A DNA stretch of 64,000 nucleotides from positions 672,001 through 736,000 of the forward strand of contig CAWHDT010000005.1 of NCBI GenBank assembly GCA_963828195.1, written 5' to 3'. A model generated the notes under the pieces. It saw only the letters and a list, made by a program, of their open reading frames with translations. It made no database searches and was not told the DNA's origin. A program made the translations under genes and the position numbers. Shown here piece after piece: positions 58,075 to 64,000 of this stretch. Within the stretch, counting starts at the first letter, position 1; the number at the start of each line of letters is the position of its first letter. The stretch comes from Candidatus Bathyarchaeota archaeon (GTDB lineage: Archaea > Thermoproteota > Bathyarchaeia > Bathyarchaeales > Bathycorpusculaceae).

Positions 58075-59502
58075 TTATTGCTTGGTTGCAACGTATGGTT
58101 TGACCATTCTCTTCGGATCAACGATGCGTTCGAATTCGGCCTCCGTAACGTAGCCAAGTTTCAACGCTGCTTCCTTCAACGTAATGTCATTGCTCATCGC
58201 GCAATGCGCAATTTCAGACGCTTTATCGTAGCCAATAACCGGCACAAGCGCCGTAACAAGCATCAGTGAACGGTCCACGTACTCTTTGATTTTCTTGAGG
58301 TTCGGCTGGGTTCCCTCGACGAGGTACTTACGGAAGTTTGTGCAGCCGTCAGCCAAAATAGTGATTGACTGCGACACGTTGAAAATTATTAGAGGTTTGT
58401 AAACGTTCATTTCAAGGTAGCCACCAGCGCCTCCGAAGCCGACGGCAACATCGTTTGCCATTACCTGAACAGCTATCATCGTCAATGCTTCAGCCTGAGT
58501 CGGATTTACCTTTCCCGGCATAATTGATGAGCCCGGCTCGTTCTCGGGAATTATCAGCTCGGCGAAGCCTGCCCGCGGACCACAAGACATCAGCCGAATG
58601 TCGTTAGCTATCTTGTATAATGACCCAGCCAACGTACGCAACGTACCCGAGAGCTGCACCAAATCATCATGCGCACCCTGCACAGCAAACTTGTTCGGCG
58701 CACTTACAAACGGCAACCCCGTAAGCTTCGCTATTTCAGCGGCAGCCGATTCACCGAAGCCCGGCGCAGAATTAACGCCTGTCCCAACTGCTGTACCACC
58801 CAGTGCGAGGCGGTAAACACCCTGCAGAGCATTCTCAATTCGCCGGAGGTTGTCCCCAAGCATCCCCGCATATCCAGACCATTCCTGACCAAGCGTGATT
58901 GGGGTAGCATCCTGCATGTGAGTTCTGCCTATCTTGATTATGTCTTTCCACTGCACCGCCTTCGTTTCAATCGCGTCGTGAAGTTCTTTAACCGCTGGAA
59001 CCAGTTTTTCCTTCACATTAACTGCTGCCGCGATGCACATGGCAGATGGAAACGTGTCGTTTGACGACTGCGACATGTTGACGTGGTCGTTGGGGTGAAC
59101 TGGTGTCTTGCTTCCAAGAGGAGTGCCGGCGAGCTGGCAACAACGATTAGAAATAACTTCATTCACGTTCATGTTGAACTGTGTGCCGCTTCCGGTCATC
59201 CATACGTGCAGTGGAAACATGTCGTGATGTTGGCCTGCGAGGATTTCGTCGCAGACTTGAACGATAAGTTTGTGACGCGTGCTGTCGAGTCGCCCTTCCG
59301 AGCGATTCACGTTCGCTGCAGCTTTCTTCAGGACAGCGTAAGCTGTAATCATTTCGGCTGGGATTAGGTCCTTGCCGATGCTGAAGTACTCAAGTGAACG
59401 TTGGGTTTGAGCACCCCACAGCTTATCAGCGGGAACATCTACTTCGCCCAGACTATCTGTTTCCTTGCGAAAACCCGTCACCTGTTTTCTTTCTCCAGTC
59501 AT
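58075..59502 (-). CDS. fumC: Class II fumarate hydratase
   Basis: [34 protein letters not shown]. Confidence 0.95.
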   Translation of the reverse strand: MTGERKQVTGFRKETDSLGEVDVPADKLWGAQTQRSLEYFSIGKDLIPAEMITAYAVLKKAAANVNRSEGRLDSTRHKLIVQVCDEILAGQHHDMFPLHVWMTGSGTQFNMNVNEVISNRCCQLAGTPLGSKTPVHPNDHVNMSQSSNDTFPSAMCIAAAVNVKEKLVPAVKELHDAIETKAVQWKDIIKIGRTHMQDATPITLGQEWSGYAGMLGDNLRRIENALQGVYRLALGGTAVGTGVNSAPGFGESAAAEIAKLTGLPFVSAPNKFAVQGAHDDLVQLSGTLRTLAGSLYKIANDIRLMSCGPRAGFAELIIPENEPGSSIMPGKVNPTQAEALTMIAVQVMANDVAVGFGGAGGYLEMNVYKPLIIFNVSQSITILADGCTNFRKYLVEGTQPNLKKIKEYVDRSLMLVTALVPVIGYDKASEIAHCAMSNDITLKEAALKLGYVTEAEFERIVDPKRMVKPYVATKQ

Positions 59503-59659
59503 ATTTCAATACAAAGCCAGAGACCCTTATATGGCTATAAAGTTCCAGACTTTTTTGTTACCCCAATTGATTTAAACCCAATAGGTTCGGTTCAAAAAAT
59601 GGGACAGAAGAAGTTCTTAGTCTGCAGCTTTTTTAGGGACAAATCTCAAAGTAAAGGGT

Positions 59660-60091
59660 ATGGCTGCGAATAAAAAGAGGATAGTTTTGAATTGGAAAGG
59701 AAAGTTTCGTTTCGAAGCCAAAACCGAGACTGGACTCACAGTGAACTTCGACGCACCTGCAAAAAACGGCGGAGAAGATACAGCCCCCACACCAATGGAA
59801 ACGCTCTTGGCGAGTTTGGCTGCATGTACCAGCTTTGATGTGGTCAGTATTTTGAAAAAGAAAAGACAAAACATCTCAGGTTACTCCGTTGAAACCGAAG
59901 CTGAAAGAACGGAAGGTCCCCCGGTTGTTTTCACCAGAATTCACATAAAATACATCGTTAAAGGAAAAGACATCAGTAAAGACGCCGTTGAACGAGCCAT
60001 CCAACTCTCACTGGAAAAATACTGTTCGGTCGGAGCGATGCTTAAAAAAACGGTGGAAATCACCAGCTCTTACGAGATAACACAGGAATAA
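59660..60091 (+). CDS. OsmC-like (YhfA-type) protein
   Basis: PMETLLASLAACT, EKYCSV. Confidence 0.88.
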   Translation: MAANKKRIVLNWKGKFRFEAKTETGLTVNFDAPAKNGGEDTAPTPMETLLASLAACTSFDVVSILKKKRQNISGYSVETEAERTEGPPVVFTRIHIKYIVKGKDISKDAVERAIQLSLEKYCSVGAMLKKTVEITSSYEITQE

Positions 60092-60197
60092 TATGAAGCT
60101 AAACTTTCCCAATTTTGAGGGTCTGCCGGATGGGTTTTGGATAGATTTAACTGTCACGGTTTGCTCCTTTTTTGTGGTTTTGGAGATGTTTTAATTG

Positions 60198-61148
60198 ATG
60201 AGGAAAAGTAGCGGAACAAAGGTTGCGATTGTTGGGGCGGGCTTTGTTGGTACCACTTTTGCCTATTCACTTTTGATTCGCAGTTTGGTCTCTGAGGTTG
60301 TCTTAATAGATTCAGATAAAGACAGGGCAGAAGGGGAAGTTATGGATTTGAGTTATGGGTTGCCTTTTTTGGAGCCTGTGGACGTTCGCTCCGGCGACTA
60401 CTCTGACTGCATGGATTCAGACATAGTTGTCGTTACCGCGGGTAGCGCCAGAAAAAGCGGGCAGTCTCGCATGGAATTAGCAAAAGAAAATTTTGCGCTC
60501 ATGAGGGAAGTAATCTCGAAAATCACCGAGTACAACGAAAAATGTATCCTGCTGATGGTTACAAACCCGCTTGACGTTATGACGTACACTGCCTTGAAGC
60601 TTTCAGATTTCCCCCAAACAAAGGTTATCGGAAGCGGAACAGTCCTGGATACGGCTCGACTTCGGTATGTGCTGGGAGAATACTTGCAGGTTGACTCAAG
60701 AAACGTCCATTCCGACATCATCGGGGAACACGGAGACAGCGAAGTGCCCGTTTGGAGCCTTGCAAACGTGGCCGGAATTCGGCTGAAAGAGTACTGCCCC
60801 CTTTGCAGTTTGCCGTATGAAGAAAAAATTTTCGATGACCTTTTCGTTAAGGTACGCGACGCTGGAAAAGAAATCATAAGGCGCAAAGGCAGAACCAACT
60901 ACAGCATCGGCTTAAGCTTAACAAAGATAGTGGAAAGCATTCTCCGCAACGAAAACTCCATTTTAACCGTTTCATGCTACCTCGAGAACTATCACGGAGT
61001 AGAAGATGTGTGCCTAAGCGTACCCGCCGTCGTCAACAGAGAGGGCATAAAGAGAATAATCGATCTGCCGCTTGACCAAAAAGAAGAAGAAGCATTCCGA
61101 AAATCCGCTGACGCCGTCAAGGAAATCAACAAATCACTCGGTCTGTAG
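60198..61148 (+). CDS. LDH/MDH family dehydrogenase (LDH scaffold, Arg102)
   Basis: VGAGFVG, TAGSARKSGQSR, NPLD, LDTARLR, IGEHGDSE, GRTNYSIG. Confidence 0.9.
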   Translation: MRKSSGTKVAIVGAGFVGTTFAYSLLIRSLVSEVVLIDSDKDRAEGEVMDLSYGLPFLEPVDVRSGDYSDCMDSDIVVVTAGSARKSGQSRMELAKENFALMREVISKITEYNEKCILLMVTNPLDVMTYTALKLSDFPQTKVIGSGTVLDTARLRYVLGEYLQVDSRNVHSDIIGEHGDSEVPVWSLANVAGIRLKEYCPLCSLPYEEKIFDDLFVKVRDAGKEIIRRKGRTNYSIGLSLTKIVESILRNENSILTVSCYLENYHGVEDVCLSVPAVVNREGIKRIIDLPLDQKEEEAFRKSADAVKEINKSLGL

Positions 61149-61311
61149 CCAGGTCAGCAAGAAACTAGAAGGTTAATTACCAATTTTTGATGAAAAAGTA
61201 GAAAACATTTTGCGACAAGCATTTCATTAGTAAACGTAAACAAGAAACGACTCCGAGGATCATTGGACGATGTTGAGCTGTTAGTCGCCAGCCCATATTG
61301 CAACGGGTCTT

Positions 61312-61872
61312 TTATTCAGGATCTTCTTCTTTTAACTTATCTTTGCTAAAATGGGTATCTATCCATGTGCTTGCCCATTTATTTACTATATTATCCAAAA
61401 AGCTTGATTGGTAAGTAATTAGAATTTTTGCTACTCGCTCCTCATCTTTTAAGGTGTAAATGTTTTCGTAGCCTATTTTGGTCCGCTCAACGATGCAGTT
61501 ATCCAGCAGGTACTTTAAATAAAAAGAAACCGTTGAGGAAGACAACCCCAAAGTTTCAACGATAGATCGGTACTTCGCCTTCTTGTTGACAAGAATCAAC
61601 ATTACGATTTCCCTCATCCGCTTCTGCCGCAAAACTGAAAGCACCTTTTTATCCTCAGCCGCAAGCGGCTTATAGTAGTACCGAGTATAATGCTCAGACT
61701 TCTCCTCAATCACAACGCTCCTGCGAGCCATATAATTCAAATGATACTGAAGACTCGCCAAAGGCATACCCAAAATCCGCTGCAGCTGCCTAATATGCAT
61801 ACCAGGATTCTTCATAATAACCGCGTAAATTTTGCTTCTTCGCTTATTTTCTAAGATTTCGTCTTTAAACAT
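61312..61872 (-). CDS. Double winged-helix transcriptional regulator
   Basis: NPGMHIRQL...SLQYHL and SSSTVSFYLKYL. Confidence 0.85.
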   Translation of the reverse strand: MFKDEILENKRRSKIYAVIMKNPGMHIRQLQRILGMPLASLQYHLNYMARRSVVIEEKSEHYTRYYYKPLAAEDKKVLSVLRQKRMREIVMLILVNKKAKYRSIVETLGLSSSTVSFYLKYLLDNCIVERTKIGYENIYTLKDEERVAKILITYQSSFLDNIVNKWASTWIDTHFSKDKLKEEDPE

Positions 61873-62027
61873 AATTTCTTAGCCCCGTAAAACGCCTACG
61901 AGTTTAATCGAAAGAGAAGCAGCATCGATTAGTGAAGGAGGATTATTCGTGAATTTCACTTCTAACTTCTTTTAAATCAGCGTTATATAAAAAGAAAATG
62001 GGGGAATTTGTTTTTTCCCTTGATGTT

Positions 62028-64000
62028 TTATGGGTGTTTTCTTAGCATCAGCAGAGCCAGCGCAATGCCGACTATGATGATGACAACGATTATGGCTGCG
62101 ATGGCTGGTACAAAGTACATGTCAGCGACGGATGTTGGGGTAGCTGTAGGTGCAGTGGTAGCTGAGGGTTGTTGCATTACGGTGAAAGATGTTTCAGCTG
62201 ATGATCCATAGTAAGCTTGGCTTCCGGCGAAACTTGCGTAAACTGTGTAGTTGCCTGCGACGTCAGGTGTCCAAGTTAGAGTGAACATGCCGCTTGAATC
62301 AGTTGTTGCGGTGCCTATGACTCGGGTGTTGCCGTTAGAGTCTAGGACAGTTAGTGTCACTGGAACGCCCGTGAAGTTGGTTGGTTCTGGTTGCTGCTGG
62401 TAAACGTAGCTCATCCATTGGCTTTCGCTTGCGTCAGATGCGCATGGAACACCATGTGGGAAGTCCATTGCCTGCTCGTTTTGCTGTGTGCCCGCGGAAA
62501 TATCCATCACTGTGCCACTGATTACTACTGGTTGTCCGTAGGAAAGCGCTGCTTGTGGTGCTGAAACCGTGGTTTCGCTTGGTCCTTGACCGATAACGTA
62601 AATTTGGTTGTCGTAGCAGTTGAAGAATTCTGCGTAGCCGTCAGCGATAGCAAGGGGTTGCATTGAGGTTCCCAGTCCAGCTGCAGATGAATCTGACAGT
62701 GTCCAAAGTAGTGCTCCAGTGGTTGCATTTATGGCGCGCATCAGTTCTCCTTGGTATAGTGGTTGTCCGTTGCCGTGTTCACCAGAAAATGTGTAAAGTA
62801 CTCCGTCGGCAAATTCAGTGATGTGTGTTGGATAGAGACCCCAAGGTCCATTATTGTACATCTGTGTGGTGTTTCCTTCGCCGCCGTTACCGTAGGTCCA
62901 CAGTAGAGTTCCGTTAAGCATTGAATAGCAGTAGACTATTCCGCCGTAGCCTGCAACGTAAAGATTTCCGTATGCTGGTACACCTTCTCTTGAGCTGTAG
63001 TATTGGAATCCTGTTTGAGCAATAGCGCTTGGACCCCAAACTAGGTCTCCGGTGGCAAGGCTGTAAGCAAGTCTCTGACCTGTCTCTTGATATGTCATTG
63101 TCCACTCGTTAGTGTATGGATCAAGCGGTTGAGTGTTCAACATTTCAGTAAGGTTACCTGATGGCGCTGCGTAGTCCTGAACCCACAATACGTTACCTTG
63201 TGATCCTGCTGCGTCGCTTAGACACCACATAACCCACGGGTTCTCGTTAGGATTAGCGTTCGCGATGAGGGCAACGTTGCTGCTGGTTCCGAGAATATAT
63301 TCGCCAGGGATAACGCCAACGATGTGTGGTGATGCTGTGTTAGTTGATGTAACGCCTGTTGCGGTTGCAGGTTCAGATAAGTTTGTCGTTATCGTCGTGT
63401 TATAGTTGTATACACCGAATGTTTGGCAGTTAATGACAATGCCCATTGCGTTCGGAGGTGCTTCCAGTGGATAAGCGTTTGAAGTTGTGCAATTTAGGAT
63501 TGTTGCGCTCTCGTTAAATTGAGCAATCCAGCCGGTATTTGTTGTGGTGCTCCAGCTGAATTGATAGATGTCTATCTCGCCGTTGTTAAGCATAACTTGG
63601 GTTCCTGAGGGAACATTTGTCAAGTTATATTCATCGGTGTAAGTAGCTGCGTTGTAGCCTATCCATGTACTTCCTGAAGTCTGCCATAGTATAGCTCCTG
63701 ATGGTCCGTACTGGTTCTCAGTTATGTCATCGTAGACTTGCGCGAAGCTTGGGTAAAACACTGTACTGGTCCATAGGACTTTGCCAGTGGTCAAGTCAAC
63801 CGCAACTTCAGGCCCAGTTGTTCCTGCTCCACCGCCTGTTTCTCCAGCAGCCTCTTGGTAAAAGAGTATACCATTGACAATCAGTGGGGCATTGTTTCTA
63901 TCCTCGTATGACATGCCTGTGAAATATTGCATAGCAATTTCAGCGGGTTGTTGAGTTGGGTCTCCGGCTTGTGTTACGGATCCGCCGACTAAGCCGCCGA
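62028..64000 (-). CDS. PQQ-like beta-propeller surface protein with Ig-like domain and C-terminal TM anchor (5' end outside the window)
   Basis: Frame open to the window edge (GGLVGG...YFTGMSYE); TGxLxW repeats, NCYDNQIY, WTPDVAGNY, TM + RKHP. Confidence 0.88.
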   Translation of the reverse strand, partial: GGLVGGSVTQAGDPTQQPAEIAMQYFTGMSYEDRNNAPLIVNGILFYQEAAGETGGGAGTTGPEVAVDLTTGKVLWTSTVFYPSFAQVYDDITENQYGPSGAILWQTSGSTWIGYNAATYTDEYNLTNVPSGTQVMLNNGEIDIYQFSWSTTTNTGWIAQFNESATILNCTTSNAYPLEAPPNAMGIVINCQTFGVYNYNTTITTNLSEPATATGVTSTNTASPHIVGVIPGEYILGTSSNVALIANANPNENPWVMWCLSDAAGSQGNVLWVQDYAAPSGNLTEMLNTQPLDPYTNEWTMTYQETGQRLAYSLATGDLVWGPSAIAQTGFQYYSSREGVPAYGNLYVAGYGGIVYCYSMLNGTLLWTYGNGGEGNTTQMYNNGPWGLYPTHITEFADGVLYTFSGEHGNGQPLYQGELMRAINATTGALLWTLSDSSAAGLGTSMQPLAIADGYAEFFNCYDNQIYVIGQGPSETTVSAPQAALSYGQPVVISGTVMDISAGTQQNEQAMDFPHGVPCASDASESQWMSYVYQQQPEPTNFTGVPVTLTVLDSNGNTRVIGTATTDSSGMFTLTWTPDVAGNYTVYASFAGSQAYYGSSAETSFTVMQQPSATTAPTATPTSVADMYFVPAIAAIIVVIIIVGIALALLMLRKHP

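Overview
Archaeal chromosomal window, probably Bathyarchaeia. This is inferred from Rpl35Ae, deoxyhypusine synthase, PQQ-type beta-propeller surface proteins, many zinc-ribbon mini-proteins and frequent TTG/GTG starts. From left to right it holds: the edge of an AT-rich element with a tyrosine recombinase missed by the ORF track; the MA1821/MA1822/UPF0280-type homocysteine module; a beta-propeller::GT-C glycosyltransferase fusion; OsmC/ArsR; an AAA+/DUF4143 ATPase with twin palindromes; a divergent thrC-hom-lysC / argG-argH-carA-carB block bracketed by a ~146-bp inverted non-coding repeat; pstSCAB-phoU; a DtxR/NRAMP metal region; an orphan Pvc16-like gene; a 1403-aa duplicated-membrane::NapH-like 4Fe-4S::MacB/FtsX permease fusion with its ATPase; tRNA-Gln(CTG); dys; ahbABCD; agmatine deiminase genes; fumC; an LDH-scaffold dehydrogenase with Arg102; and a partial beta-propeller surface protein. 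The best novelty candidates are the redox-coupled ABC permease fusion (lying between tRNA-Gln and a possible degenerate copy of its 3' half) and the dispersed repeat/AbrB module. No CRISPR array or rRNA was seen. All calls are by-eye motif recognition; no searches were run.
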